Shown piece after piece: positions 1 through 10,378 of a stretch of DNA of 40,635 nucleotides. This DNA comes from Cyanobacteria bacterium J06626_4 (GTDB taxonomy: Bacteria; Cyanobacteriota; Cyanobacteriia; Phormidesmidales; Phormidesmidaceae): assembly GCA_038523235.1 (NCBI GenBank), contig JBCBJQ010000051.1:1-40635 (forward strand), read 5' to 3'. How positions within the stretch are numbered: the stretch's first letter is position 1; each line of letters starts with the position of its first letter. Under the pieces are notes generated by a model. That model worked only from the letters and a program-made list of their open reading frames with translations, did not search any database and was not told the origin of the DNA. The translations under genes were made by a program, and so were the position numbers.

Positions 1-79
1 ATGGGAGGGGCCTAGCTGAAGATTTCGACTAGTTTCAGCTTACTCAGCCCCTTCATTTCCTATCCCGAACTCACGTTCC

Positions 80-562
80 TTATGCTTGCAAAACCCTCGC
101 CAGCAATTCTGGTGCAATTCTAAAGCCAGCTTTCTGAGTGAGCTCTTCGACTATGGGTTGTAAGGATGAAAGTTCACCAGATTGCTTGGCTTTGAGCAAA
201 ATCCCCAATACACCCGTTACCTGAAGTCCCAAAGATTTAGCAACCTTGCGACCATCCCGTTCATCTAAGAGAATGCACTCAGCTTGCAATTCCAGAGCCA
301 GTGTGATCGCTTCTGCTTCACCGCCATCCAAAGTTTGCCGTAGAAGCTGGACAAGAGATTGATCACCAGCAGACTGAACTTTAATCCATCCGTCCGCAAT
401 AGCTGCTTGGATAGACTGGGAGCCTGGACGATCCTCATCAATCTTCAATTCTTCTAGGACAACAGCTGGGATTTGGATTTGACCGAATTGCTGTCGTAAC
501 AGCTTGAGTCGATCAACAATAGCCAAATTTAAAATGGGAGAGGTGTTGCTAACGATGGGCAT
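80..562 (-). CDS. DUF3368 / PIN-like domain protein, predicted toxin of a type II TA pair
   Basis: IVSNTSP start, LDGGEAEAI, ILLDERDGR and TGVLGIL motifs typical of the PIN-like DUF3368 family; overlaps the upstream UPF0175 gene. Confidence 0.85.
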   Translation of the reverse strand: MPIVSNTSPILNLAIVDRLKLLRQQFGQIQIPAVVLEELKIDEDRPGSQSIQAAIADGWIKVQSAGDQSLVQLLRQTLDGGEAEAITLALELQAECILLDERDGRKVAKSLGLQVTGVLGILLKAKQSGELSSLQPIVEELTQKAGFRIAPELLARVLQA

Positions 563-800
563 AAGCCAGGTCGTCCGCTAGTTCTTCAGCTTCATAGTGG
601 CGTGAGATACCGCGCTGGGCCAATAGTTGTCCAAATGCGTATTTACTGAGTTGAGCCAGTTCTCTGGCTTTGCCAAATGACAGCAAGTTCTGAGCATATA
701 AGGAGACAGCTAGCTCGTATAGCAATTCTTGCTCAATTCGTTGTTCTGGCAATCGAATGGCTTGAAGGATAGAGTCGGGAATGGAAAGCTGCAAGCTCAT
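549..800 (-). CDS. UPF0175 family protein, predicted antitoxin
   Basis: 83 aa with LAVSLY...LSFGKARELA...F..LL..RGI HTH-like pattern; directly upstream of and overlapping the PIN gene. Confidence 0.85.
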   Translation of the reverse strand: MSLQLSIPDSILQAIRLPEQRIEQELLYELAVSLYAQNLLSFGKARELAQLSKYAFGQLLAQRGISRHYEAEELADDLAYAHR

Positions 801-1011
801 AGCTGAGGGTGAAGGAAATTAACGTTTCCATTCTAAGGTTGCTACAAATTTACCGGTGCATAGCAGAATGCGGAATTCGGAGTACAGAATTCGGAAATGA
901 AAGCGTCGCGACGTCTCGGATTGCGTCGATTGGTACTGTTCCAAATACCCCTTCGCTAAATGCCCCCATCAGAATACTGGTCTCGGGCTACAACCAACTC
1001 TTTTTACATTG

Positions 1012-2394
1012 CTATGCGATCGCCGCCACATCCCTCAAATTCAACGAAATACCGTGAGTATTGGCCCAGGTGTTGAGGTCGTTGAGGGCGCGATCGCGGT
1101 AGTGGCCGTAGCGCTCCCGCTTGTTGCGAATTTTGGTGGACAGCGCGGGAATGATGCCGAAGTTGGGCGGCATCGGCTGAAAGTGCTTGGGTTCCGCTGA
1201 GCTGATGAAGTCGATCAATGCACCCATCATCATGTTGACCGGTAGGGTCAACGGTTCCTGTCCCAGCGCCACGCGAGCGGCGTTGGTGCCAGCCAGCCAG
1301 CCGCCCGCCGTTGCCGCCGTGTAGCCTTCGGTGCCAACGAGCTGCCCTGCCGCCAACAGCGTTGGCCGCTGGTGAAACTGCAAGGTGGCGCTCAGCAATT
1401 CTGGCGAGTTGATGAAGGTGTTGCGGTGCATCACGCCCATGCGCACAAACTCGGCATTTTCCAGACCCGGAATCAAGCGAAAGACGCGCTTTTGCTCGCC
1501 CCAGCGGAGATTGGTCTGAAAGCCGACCATATTCCACAGGTTGCCCTGCTTGTCTTCTTGGCGCAGCTGCACCACCGCGTAGGGCTTCTTGTCCTTCAGA
1601 GCGGGATCCTTGAAGTGGCCTAAACGAGCGTCGAATAGGCCTACAGGCTTCATCGGGCCATAGCGCATGGTGTCTTCGCCGCGCCGTGCCATTTCTTCAA
1701 TCGGCAGACAGGCTTCAAAAAACTTGGCGGTTTCGCGTTCAAAATCCTTTAGTTCCGCCTGTTCCGCCTCACAGAGTGTCTGCCAAAACTGTAGGTACTG
1801 CTCGCGGTTCAACGGGCAGTTGAGGTAAGCCGCCTCGCCGCGATCGTAGCGTGAGGCCAGGAAGGCCACCTCATGGTTGATGCTTTCACCCACCACGATC
1901 GGGCTGGCCGCATCAAAGAAGCTCATGTACGCCTGCCCGGTGAAGCGCTGCAGATCTCGCGACAGCGCGTCGCTAGTCAACGGGCCAGTCGTCAGCACCA
2001 CAATGCCGTCATCAGGAATTTGCTGCACCTCATCGCGCCGCAGCTCAATGTGGGGATGATTCGCGAGAGTTTCCGTCAGCTCGTGGCTAAAAACGCCGCG
2101 ATCGACTGCCAAGGCTCCGCCTGCAGGTACCTGATGCTCATCAGCCTTGCCAATCACAATTGAGCCCAATCGCCGCAACTCTTCATGCAGCAGGCCCGAG
2201 GCGCGATCGCTCGACTGGGCACCAAAGGAATTACTGCACACCAACTCAGCCAAATGTTCGCTGTGGTGGGCGGGTGACTGCTTTTGGGGGCGCATTTCAT
2301 GCAAAATGACGGGCACGCCTGCCTGGGCAATCTGCCAGGCGGCTTCGGTGCCCGCGAGGCCGCCGCCAATTACGTGAATGGGTGGTATCGTCAT
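1012..2394 (-). CDS. trmFO: Methylenetetrahydrofolate--tRNA-(uracil-5-)-methyltransferase TrmFO (Gid)
   Basis: [17 protein letters not shown] motif, [42 protein letters not shown]; start placed at ATG 2394 ([10 protein letters not shown]). Confidence 0.96.
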   Translation of the reverse strand: MTIPPIHVIGGGLAGTEAAWQIAQAGVPVILHEMRPQKQSPAHHSEHLAELVCSNSFGAQSSDRASGLLHEELRRLGSIVIGKADEHQVPAGGALAVDRGVFSHELTETLANHPHIELRRDEVQQIPDDGIVVLTTGPLTSDALSRDLQRFTGQAYMSFFDAASPIVVGESINHEVAFLASRYDRGEAAYLNCPLNREQYLQFWQTLCEAEQAELKDFERETAKFFEACLPIEEMARRGEDTMRYGPMKPVGLFDARLGHFKDPALKDKKPYAVVQLRQEDKQGNLWNMVGFQTNLRWGEQKRVFRLIPGLENAEFVRMGVMHRNTFINSPELLSATLQFHQRPTLLAAGQLVGTEGYTAATAGGWLAGTNAARVALGQEPLTLPVNMMMGALIDFISSAEPKHFQPMPPNFGIIPALSTKIRNKRERYGHYRDRALNDLNTWANTHGISLNLRDVAAIA

Positions 2395-2478
2395 GCAGTC
2401 GAATTGCTTAGTGAATGAGCTGGCTTTACGGATCAATAGTGTGCGTCATCTCCGCGTTCATCTGCCAGCCAAACAAAT

Positions 2479-3039
2479 TCAGGTTGGTTGCGTAAGAATC
2501 GCGTGCTGCAGGCGGATCTCAGCGAGTCGCTCAGCTTGATCACTGCGGGTGCCGATGGTAAATTCACCCACTAGCGCATAGTAAACCATCCGCGCCCGCA
2601 CCAGCGCCTCAGCGGGGGCAAAGCCAATCTGCACAAACAAGTCTTTTGTATAGTCCAAACGGCGTTGATCGACTTGAGCCAACAGCGTCGCAATTTTCGC
2701 ATCATGGGTGGCCCAAGCTCGAATCGCATTCTCGACCCGACCATCATCCTGAACCGCCAGTTCAAACAGGTAGAGCAGTTTATTCGTGGCATCACCGCCG
2801 AGTTCTTCCACCTGTTCAATAATGCCGTAGGTTTGGCGCTCCATCCAGGCCTGAAAGACCGCCTCCAATAGGTTTCCGCGATTTTTGAAGTGCCAGTAAA
2901 AACTTCCCTTGGTGACCCCCATAAGTTTGGCCAGGGGCTCGACTCGCACGGCCTCAACACCACTTTTCGCCAAAACCTGCAGTCCCTGACGAATCCAATC
3001 CTGCCGGGTCAGATTTGAGGCGTCGTTTCGCTTGGCCAT
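2479..3039 (-). CDS. TetR/AcrR family transcriptional regulator
   Basis: N-terminal HTH VRVEPLAKLMGVTKGSFYWHF; start at 3039 (MAKRND) or 3057. Confidence 0.92.
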   Translation of the reverse strand: MAKRNDASNLTRQDWIRQGLQVLAKSGVEAVRVEPLAKLMGVTKGSFYWHFKNRGNLLEAVFQAWMERQTYGIIEQVEELGGDATNKLLYLFELAVQDDGRVENAIRAWATHDAKIATLLAQVDQRRLDYTKDLFVQIGFAPAEALVRARMVYYALVGEFTIGTRSDQAERLAEIRLQHAILTQPT

Positions 3040-3102
3040 ACGGTAGCGTATTGACATTCACAAACAGCCTCATTAATCTATATCCATACGGTTGCGTATT
3101 GA
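3036..3102. promoter_or_regulatory. Two TetR-type operators flanking a sigma70 promoter for the divergent cyclase gene
   Basis: 19-bp direct repeat CCATACGGTWGCGTATTGA at 3036-3054 and 3084-3102, each containing the palindrome ATACG-N4-CGTAT; TTGACA (3051-3056)-17 nt-TAATCT (3074-3079); GAGGA at 3101-3105. Confidence 0.75.
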
Positions 3103-3111
3103 GGAAATTGG

Positions 3112-3543
3112 ATGACTATTTTGCTCGAAGACAATAAAGCGATCGCGCTCCGCTTTGCTCAGGAGGGATGGGGTACCGAGCCCCATTGGCGTCAGACATG
3201 GGATGAGTTGATGAGCCCGGACGTTGTCTATCATTTCAACAGCGCTGCAGCACCGATCACTGGGTTGGAGGCCAACAAAGCCTTTAACGCCAGCCTCTTT
3301 CAGGGCTTTCCTGATATTCAGCAAACGCTGGGGGATGTAATTGCGGAGAGCGATAAAGTGGTGTATCGCACCACCATTCAAGGCACCCAAACCGGCGAGT
3401 TTTTAGGGGTTCCTCCCACGGGTAAAGGGGTCAAAGTCAATGACTTTACCCTGCTGCGCATTGCTGGCGGCAAGATTGTGGAGTGGTGGTACGAGTGCAA
3501 TCTGTTGGAAGTGATGCAGCAGCTGGGCTTGATGGCGGCCTGA
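3112..3543 (+). CDS. SnoaL-like ester cyclase / NTF2-fold protein
   Basis: NKAIALRF, FPDI...DVIAESDKV, GTQTGEFLGVPPTGK, GGKIVEWW motifs. Confidence 0.9.
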   Translation: MTILLEDNKAIALRFAQEGWGTEPHWRQTWDELMSPDVVYHFNSAAAPITGLEANKAFNASLFQGFPDIQQTLGDVIAESDKVVYRTTIQGTQTGEFLGVPPTGKGVKVNDFTLLRIAGGKIVEWWYECNLLEVMQQLGLMAA

Positions 3544-3659
3544 ACTCTAGCCGTTCTCAGCCAGCAGAGTGAATGTTAGGAAACTTGCTGTTGTCCAGCG
3601 TCCTGACCACTGCCTAGCGAAATCGTTAGACCGTTGGGGCGATCTCGCCCCCTCAAGGA

Positions 3660-6014
3660 TTATTGAAACTGCCGGTTCTGCGGCGACCAAATAAGCAATT
3701 CGACGCGATCGCCCTGGCGCGTCACCAAAGCTGCCGGGCCAGCGGGCGGCTGCAGCCAGCCCACCAAAGCCGCAGACTGGCCCCACAGATCGCTATAGAG
3801 CAGCTCACCGGATGGCGAAATTACGAGGTCAATAACCGTGGGGTCAGATATCGTTAGCCCCAGGCTGGGAGCCAGCTCGGGCGCGAGTGTCAGCACGATC
3901 GCGGGCTCCGCTTCGTTGAGCAAATTAACGCGACGGACAGTGGCCAGAGCAGAATTCTGCTGTAATACCGTCTGCAGGGCCGTCGGCTCAGCCTTCAAGT
4001 GAGTTTGCAGTGTCGCGACCAGACGATCGCCCAGCTCGGGCTGACTTTGCCAGAGCGCCGAGAATGATTGTGAGGCGATCGCAGCAGGGCTGCGCCACTG
4101 ACCGGACGTCGTCACGACCCAGGGCGTCCCCGCTGCGGTGGCTGGCCCGCTGGCCAGCAGGGCGATGGTTGCCCCCTGCGCCTGCACGGCTCTGAGTTGA
4201 ATGGTTGGCCCGGTTTGCCCGGTCGTGGGGTTTAGCAGCGACAACCGGGCACCAGGGCTGAGCCCCAGAGTTTGCAGTAGGTCGCTGGCACCTTGGGCCG
4301 ACGCCACAGTCAGCATCGGTAGTTGAGACTGCCAGCCCTGCTGATCGTAGCTGGCCTGCACCGTAATGGAGTACCATCGCTGCCCCGAGGTCAGAGCCAG
4401 TTCTTCGTCGTCGGGTGGCTGCCAAGCATTGAGATTGGGGCGATCGAGGGCAGCGACGGTGCCCAACAGCCCTCCTAACGCCGCTGATGGCGCAGTCGAT
4501 GTGGTCGTTGAGGCCGGACTGGCCGCGCCTGGGGAGTTGCCCGTCGCAATCACCGGGGCAGGCAACGCGGGGGGCGCGACCTGCTGAGCGATCGCGTCAA
4601 ACTCAGCTTTCAAGGTCGCCTGTTGATTGGGGTTAAACCAGGCCAGCGCCGCCTTCTCGTTCTCCTTCGCCAACAGCAGCAGCGCCCCCCAAAGTCGGGC
4701 TTCCGGCTGTTGAGGGGTGACCTTGAGACTGGCGCTAAGCCGCTGCCACACCCGCGCCGATTCTCGCTCTAGTAGCGGCAGCACGGCCCGCTCAAAGCCC
4801 GGTTCAGCCGCTTTAACCGGGTCTAACGCCGCCTGCCACTGACCATCTAGCAGCAGGGCCAGCAGCTTTTGGCTGGGCTGTGACCAATCGCGATTCGCCT
4901 GGTTCTGACTAAATTTGGCATGCAGCATGATCAGCTGGCGCTGCTGTTCCAAATCGGGTGACCACTGCTCAGCGAGTTGGGTTTTGAGCGGCGACAGCAG
5001 CGCCTGAGCTTCTGACCACAACCCCTGTTTGGCTAAAAATAGGGCATTTTGATAAGGCTCGGGCGCTGTATCTGGCGGCAACGGCAGCGGGGCGAGCGAA
5101 ATTTCCTGCAGGCGAGTGGTCGTGTTGGCCGCATTGGCCCGACTCACGCGATAGAGATAAAAATCGGGTTCTAACCCAGTACTCTGATTAACCAGCAGTT
5201 CGGGAAGTCCGACCTGGTCAACGTTATGCCAGGCGGGCAAGCGACCCGTTGGGCTTTGCCAATTGAGGACAGACTGCAGTCGTCGAGTTTGGGCATCCAC
5301 GTAAAGCAGTTGCCCATAGAGCACCGGGCTGCCCTGCCGGTGCCAACGACCGGTGAGCGTTAACCAGCCACCGGGCAAACCTTCCTCATGCAGTGGTTTG
5401 AGGGCTTCCAAAGGCAACCGATGGGTCGAGCCCATGGTGCCGGTATCACCGCGCGCAATGGGGTCTAACACCTGCGCCTCAGAGGGGCCTTGTACCCGCA
5501 GCTGATCGAGCAGTTGCAGCGAGTCTGGCGATGGCCCCGCCGCCGGACTGTTGTAGAGCCGCAGTTCGACGATCTGGTCACAGTTACGACTACAAGGCGA
5601 TCGCGTTTCGACAATCGGTAACAGCTGGAGGCCCTGCAATTCGGCGGCATCACTGAGCTGAGACAGATCGACAAGAGCGCCCAAAGACTGCTGGCCCGAC
5701 AGCTCGGCCTCAATATCAGCCAGGCTCTGCAAGGGGGCGTCGCCCCAGGGGCGACCATCGGGCAAATAAGCGGTCAGCCACGACGGCGGATTGGGACGAA
5801 AAATCAACACGGCACTGGTCCACAAGCTGAAGCCAACGACCGTACCAGCCCCTGCTAACAAGGCAGTTAACCCCAGCAGGCGCACCAGGCGAGCGATCCC
5901 ATTAACGCGAGGGGTGAGGGGGGTAAGCCGCGTCGGTTGGTGAGTTTTGGCCGGTTTCAATACCCAACCGGCAGCTAAGGAATCTTCAGGGGAGCGAGAC
6001 GGGGGCATCGGCAT
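3660..6014 (-). CDS. Large membrane-anchored hypothetical protein (784 aa)
   Basis: Long ORF with normal HIP1 content, one N-terminal hydrophobic segment, helical-repeat-like middle and a Pro/Ala/Thr linker; 8 nt downstream of the GT4 gene. Confidence 0.8.
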   Translation of the reverse strand: MPMPPSRSPEDSLAAGWVLKPAKTHQPTRLTPLTPRVNGIARLVRLLGLTALLAGAGTVVGFSLWTSAVLIFRPNPPSWLTAYLPDGRPWGDAPLQSLADIEAELSGQQSLGALVDLSQLSDAAELQGLQLLPIVETRSPCSRNCDQIVELRLYNSPAAGPSPDSLQLLDQLRVQGPSEAQVLDPIARGDTGTMGSTHRLPLEALKPLHEEGLPGGWLTLTGRWHRQGSPVLYGQLLYVDAQTRRLQSVLNWQSPTGRLPAWHNVDQVGLPELLVNQSTGLEPDFYLYRVSRANAANTTTRLQEISLAPLPLPPDTAPEPYQNALFLAKQGLWSEAQALLSPLKTQLAEQWSPDLEQQRQLIMLHAKFSQNQANRDWSQPSQKLLALLLDGQWQAALDPVKAAEPGFERAVLPLLERESARVWQRLSASLKVTPQQPEARLWGALLLLAKENEKAALAWFNPNQQATLKAEFDAIAQQVAPPALPAPVIATGNSPGAASPASTTTSTAPSAALGGLLGTVAALDRPNLNAWQPPDDEELALTSGQRWYSITVQASYDQQGWQSQLPMLTVASAQGASDLLQTLGLSPGARLSLLNPTTGQTGPTIQLRAVQAQGATIALLASGPATAAGTPWVVTTSGQWRSPAAIASQSFSALWQSQPELGDRLVATLQTHLKAEPTALQTVLQQNSALATVRRVNLLNEAEPAIVLTLAPELAPSLGLTISDPTVIDLVISPSGELLYSDLWGQSAALVGWLQPPAGPAALVTRQGDRVELLIWSPQNRQFQ

Positions 6015-6022
6015 GGCAAGCG

Positions 6023-7237
6023 CTAGCGAGCAGACAAGATCTGGCTATAGGTGTGCCCAGCTTGTTTCCAGGTATAATCCGCCTCAATCATAGTGCGAGC
6101 GTTGTGCGACAGGGTGGCTCGGAGATCAAGATTTTCAAAAAGTTGAACAATGGCGGCGACGTAAGCCTCTATATCATTGGCGCGCAATGCCCGCGGGGGC
6201 ACGTTTGCTTCGTCTACCGACAGACCTTCTAAACCGCGATCGCTGGCCACAACCGGAATGCCCGCCGCCATCGCTTCCAGCGTTTTATTTTTGATGCCAT
6301 AGCCGGCCCGCATGGGAATCACGCACACGGTCGCCTGGTGCAAATAGTCCACCATAGAAGGCACACGCCCGGTGACGCTCACCCCTGGTAAGGCCTTCAA
6401 GGCCATCACCTCGGGCGTCGGACGTGAACCCACTAACGAGAGTTTGGCCCCAGGATATCGCTGCCGCACCCGCGGAAACAGCTCTTGGGCCAAGAAGGTG
6501 GCGGCATCAATGTTGGGCAGGTTATCCATCGCGCCGATAAATACCAAATGATATCCGCCCGGATCGCGCGAGCGCTGGGGAAACAGATCGAGATCAACGC
6601 CGTTGGTCACCACATGCACTGGTCGCTGCGGGCAGAGCTCCTGCATTTGGGCCGCATCTTCTGGCGTCGTCACCACAAGGTCGGTGAACTTTTGGCCATA
6701 CTGCTGCTCATAGCGCTTCAGCAGCGACAAGTTGAGGCGATCGCGCCAGGGCTTTTCGGCAGTGCCCGAGGCAAGCTGTTGTTTACAGGTGCCGTACACC
6801 GAGCTGTGAATATTGACGATGCGCTTCGGCACCGCCGCCTGCAGTCGGGCCGACACATAGCGCTCATTGACGCTGTGTTCACAGGTGAGGGCGTCAAAGG
6901 CTTGAGTCTTGACGGCGGCTTCGGCCCAAGCCTGCATCGCGGCGGAAAAGTTGGCCGTCACGCTCGGGGGCGTACCCCCAATGAGAAACTGACCGAACCG
7001 CGCCGCTTTACCCAGCACGCCGCCAGCACTTACAGACTGCGGTTTCGGAAACACCTGCAGGTCGTTCACCGCTGCTCTCAGACCGGCAATCTCATCAGGG
7101 GTGACGGTCTCATCAGTGTGAGTCGCCAGGGTGACCTCATGCCCCGCCAATCCCTTCAGCAGGTTGAACGTGCGCACCTGGGTGCCGCCTCGGGTGGGAG
7201 GAAAAGGGAATGTGGCCGACAACATCAAAATTTTCAT
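6023..7237 (-). CDS. Glycosyltransferase family 4 (GT-B fold)
   Basis: MKILMLSATFPFPP..GG start at 7237, NGVD, FIGAMD..PNID, KNKTLEAMAAGIPVV. Confidence 0.92.
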   Translation of the reverse strand: MKILMLSATFPFPPTRGGTQVRTFNLLKGLAGHEVTLATHTDETVTPDEIAGLRAAVNDLQVFPKPQSVSAGGVLGKAARFGQFLIGGTPPSVTANFSAAMQAWAEAAVKTQAFDALTCEHSVNERYVSARLQAAVPKRIVNIHSSVYGTCKQQLASGTAEKPWRDRLNLSLLKRYEQQYGQKFTDLVVTTPEDAAQMQELCPQRPVHVVTNGVDLDLFPQRSRDPGGYHLVFIGAMDNLPNIDAATFLAQELFPRVRQRYPGAKLSLVGSRPTPEVMALKALPGVSVTGRVPSMVDYLHQATVCVIPMRAGYGIKNKTLEAMAAGIPVVASDRGLEGLSVDEANVPPRALRANDIEAYVAAIVQLFENLDLRATLSHNARTMIEADYTWKQAGHTYSQILSAR

Positions 7238-7641
7238 GGGCAGAAGGGTGACAGCGTCTCGGCGCAGGATAAACGACACTGGGAAAAGGCGATCGCCGCC
7301 AGTGATTCAGGTAGGCACTCAGGCTGAGCGAGGGCGCGTCATCCATTCATTACCCAAGCCAATGGGGCAAACATGACTGCGCCCGCTCCACCAAATAATC
7401 TCGGGGCTGAAACCACAGTACAGACATTGCACCGCTAACGGATGACGGCCCCTAGTATGCCCGCCTGATGGTGATGACGTGAAGTCTGCCCCGAAAAAAT
7501 ACCGACACCCGCTGTGGCTTCCCGCTGGCCGGATGGGCAATTTACAGTAGAGCTGGCAACCTTTTCGAGTCCGGTCAAGTCTGTTGCCTGACGGGGCCGC
7601 TGACCCCAGCAGCTTTCATTCTCAACGCGATAAGGTTATTC

Positions 7642-8604
7642 ATGGTCAAGGTTAGCGTTTGTATCCCCACCTATAACCGGTCACAGTTGTTGGCTGAGGC
7701 GATCGCCAGCGTGTTAGCGCAAAACTACGACGATTTTGAGATCATCGTGTGTGATGACGGCTCTCAAGATGACACCCCCGAGTTGATGGCCAGCCTGCCA
7801 GATCCGCGCCTGCGCTACGTGCGCCATCCGCAAAACATTGGCAAAAGTAACAATATGATTTCGGGCTTTGAAGCAGCCCAGGGCGAATACTTCATCAAAT
7901 TCGATGACGACGATCGCCTCACCCCTGATTTTTTGCGAGAAACCACCGCGATTCTGGACCAGCACCCCGCGATCGATTTTGTCAGCACCGACCACTGGGT
8001 CATCAACAGCGACAGCCAACGTGAACCCGAACTGACGGCAACCAATTCCGCCCGATGGGGCCGCACGACGCTACCGGCAGGCCCCATTGCTGATCTGACC
8101 ACTCGCGTGTTTGATCAGCAAAGCCTGCAAATTGGAGCCACACTGTTTCGCAAGCGCGTACTGGATGAAGTCAGCTACATGCGACCGAATCTACAAAACT
8201 GTGAAGATAACGATCTGCTGGTGCGGCTAGCCGTGGCCGATAAACAGGCTTACTACCTGCCCGAGCGTCTGATGGAATACCGCTTTCACCCCGAACAGCA
8301 AGGGATCGGGCGCGCCATCCCCTATCTAAAAGACAAAATTCAGTATCTCAATTTGTACGATTTTGCTGACCCCCAGCTAGAACAACTGCGCCAGCAGCGG
8401 CTGCACGAAACCCAGCTATTACTGGGACTGCGGCTGATTGAAGCAGGCGACACCCAAGCCGGTAAAGCACTCTTGCAGCAGGGCAAATCTCATTCCGCTC
8501 AAAAGGCCAAAATTGGTCAGCTGATCGCCATTTTTCCGCCAGCAATGCGACCGGCCCTGTTTTCTGTCTTGCGCCGCTTGAAGCCGACTCCCAGTCCGTC
8601 CTAG
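7642..8604 (+). CDS. Glycosyltransferase family 2
   Basis: VSVCIPTYNR, VCDDGSQD, GEYFIKFDDDD (DxD), CEDND. Confidence 0.93.
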   Translation: MVKVSVCIPTYNRSQLLAEAIASVLAQNYDDFEIIVCDDGSQDDTPELMASLPDPRLRYVRHPQNIGKSNNMISGFEAAQGEYFIKFDDDDRLTPDFLRETTAILDQHPAIDFVSTDHWVINSDSQREPELTATNSARWGRTTLPAGPIADLTTRVFDQQSLQIGATLFRKRVLDEVSYMRPNLQNCEDNDLLVRLAVADKQAYYLPERLMEYRFHPEQQGIGRAIPYLKDKIQYLNLYDFADPQLEQLRQQRLHETQLLLGLRLIEAGDTQAGKALLQQGKSHSAQKAKIGQLIAIFPPAMRPALFSVLRRLKPTPSPS

Positions 8605-8680
8605 GTCCGGTTGGGGCAATAGTCTCCGTCGAGAACTTCAGGACTTTCACAGCCCATCAGTCCGGTCAAGACGAAACTGC

Positions 8681-10378
8681 TCAGGTATTTGCTGCTTGGT
8701 GAATAGGAATTTGGATAAAAAAGTCGGTGCCCTGCCCTGGCATCGATTGGCAGGTGAACTGCCCGCCATGTAAATTCGCGATGATTTTATAGCTGATCGA
8801 TAATCCCAGGCCAGTGCCTTTACCAATCGGTTTCGTCGTATAAAACGGATCGAAAATCTTTGATTGCACCGCTGCCGGCATCCCCCCAGCATTATCCCCA
8901 ATCTGCACTAAGACTTGATGGGCCGAGGGCATTTTGGTGTAAATGCGGATCTGTAAAGGGGTCTCCTTTTGCGCTTCGCAGTCACGGTTAGCGGCTTTGT
9001 CTTCCAGGGCCTCGATCGCGTTCGTCAAGACATTCATAAAGACCTGATTGAGCTGTCCCGCATAGCATTCAATGAGCGGTAGCTCGCTATAGCTCTTGAT
9101 GACTTCAATCTCTGGACGACGATCAGTAGCCTTAAGGCGATGGGCCAAAATCATCAATGTGCTGTCTACGCAATCGTGTAAGTTGACGGCCTTACACAGC
9201 GATTCATCCAAGCGTGAAAAGGTGCGCAGGGATTTCACGATGTCCGCAATCCGCTCGGCCCCGATGCGCATCGAAAACAGAATTTTAACGATGTCTTTTT
9301 TGATGAAAGGCAGATCAATGGCTTGATGCTCAGCCGCAATTTCGTGCGACGGCTCAGGATAGCTTTTTTGATACAGATCGATCAGAGAGAGGAGGTCTTC
9401 GATATAGGCATTGGCGGGGGCTAAATTGCCGTGAATGAAGGTGACGGGATTGTTGATTTCGTGGGCAATCCCGGCGATCATTTGTCCCAAGCTCGACATC
9501 TTTTCTTGTTGAATCAGCTGCTCTTGGGTTTGATGCAGTTCTTGCAGCGTCTGCTCTAGCTCGGTGGCCCGAGAGTGGGCCAGGCCTCGGCTCTGTTCTA
9601 ATTCCTGAGTTTGCTGTTGTAAAGATGCCACCAACTCATGCAGTTGCCCTTGCATCTGATTAAAGGCATTGGCCAGAGTAGTTAGTTCATCATTAGTGTC
9701 GAGGGCGATCGCCTGACCCCATTCCCCAGCGGTGATCTGTTGAGTTGCCGTGGTGAGTTGTTTTAAGGGCTTAGTGATAGAGCGACTGATAAATCGGGCC
9801 AGCAAGAAGCTACCGATGGCGGCTAAAAGCGCGGCAAACAGTCCTTCTAACAGCGTTTTCTGCAGCTTAGCTTGCAGTGGTCGGGTAGACAGCCCCACAC
9901 TCATAGCCCCTACCGTTTCATCGCCGACAATAATTGACTTGCCGACAATCAGGCGCTGCGACTCCCAGTCGGTAATGAGCGCATCATCCGCCAAAAGCGC
10001 CTGACCAAAGGGATCAGATGCCAAATTGAAAGTTTGCTGATCGGCGGCAAAAGCATCTGCCAGGATGCGGCCATCGGTTTGGTAGAGACGAGCCATGACA
10101 ATCGACTGCTCGTTCTGAAAGTCTTGACCGAGGTTATTGACAATCTGACTGGCGTCTTCAAACTGGTTGAAGTACAGAGCATCTCTGCTCGCCACCGATA
10201 ACGTTTCGAGCAGCAGTTCGGCTTGTTGCTCCAATTCTTCACGATAATTAGCCCGCTCACGCACGAGCGAGAACCCACTGACTACCAACACCGCTGCCAC
10301 GGCGAGGCAACTCATGGCGGTTGTCAGTTTATTGACGAGAGAGCCAGCTGAACGCTGAGGACGACGGAGCTTCAGCAT
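8681..10378 (-). CDS. Membrane sensor histidine kinase with HAMP domain
   Basis: Two TM segments around an extracytoplasmic domain, HAMP (ITKPL..L...DEL..LA.AFN), H-box AHEINNP, N-box NQVFMNVLTNA, DNAGG, IFDPF, GTGLGL. Confidence 0.95.
   Translation of the reverse strand: MLKLRRPQRSAGSLVNKLTTAMSCLAVAAVLVVSGFSLVRERANYREELEQQAELLLETLSVASRDALYFNQFEDASQIVNNLGQDFQNEQSIVMARLYQTDGRILADAFAADQQTFNLASDPFGQALLADDALITDWESQRLIVGKSIIVGDETVGAMSVGLSTRPLQAKLQKTLLEGLFAALLAAIGSFLLARFISRSITKPLKQLTTATQQITAGEWGQAIALDTNDELTTLANAFNQMQGQLHELVASLQQQTQELEQSRGLAHSRATELEQTLQELHQTQEQLIQQEKMSSLGQMIAGIAHEINNPVTFIHGNLAPANAYIEDLLSLIDLYQKSYPEPSHEIAAEHQAIDLPFIKKDIVKILFSMRIGAERIADIVKSLRTFSRLDESLCKAVNLHDCVDSTLMILAHRLKATDRRPEIEVIKSYSELPLIECYAGQLNQVFMNVLTNAIEALEDKAANRDCEAQKETPLQIRIYTKMPSAHQVLVQIGDNAGGMPAAVQSKIFDPFYTTKPIGKGTGLGLSISYKIIANLHGGQFTCQSMPGQGTDFFIQIPIHQAANT

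Noticed and set aside
866..900. Degenerate heptamer run (GAATGCG GAATTCG GAGTACA GAATTCG)
   Set aside because: Short and degenerate; resembles common cyanobacterial short tandem repeats and carries no further signal
6485..7327. 280-aa plus-strand ORF
   Set aside because: Antisense shadow of the GT4 gene
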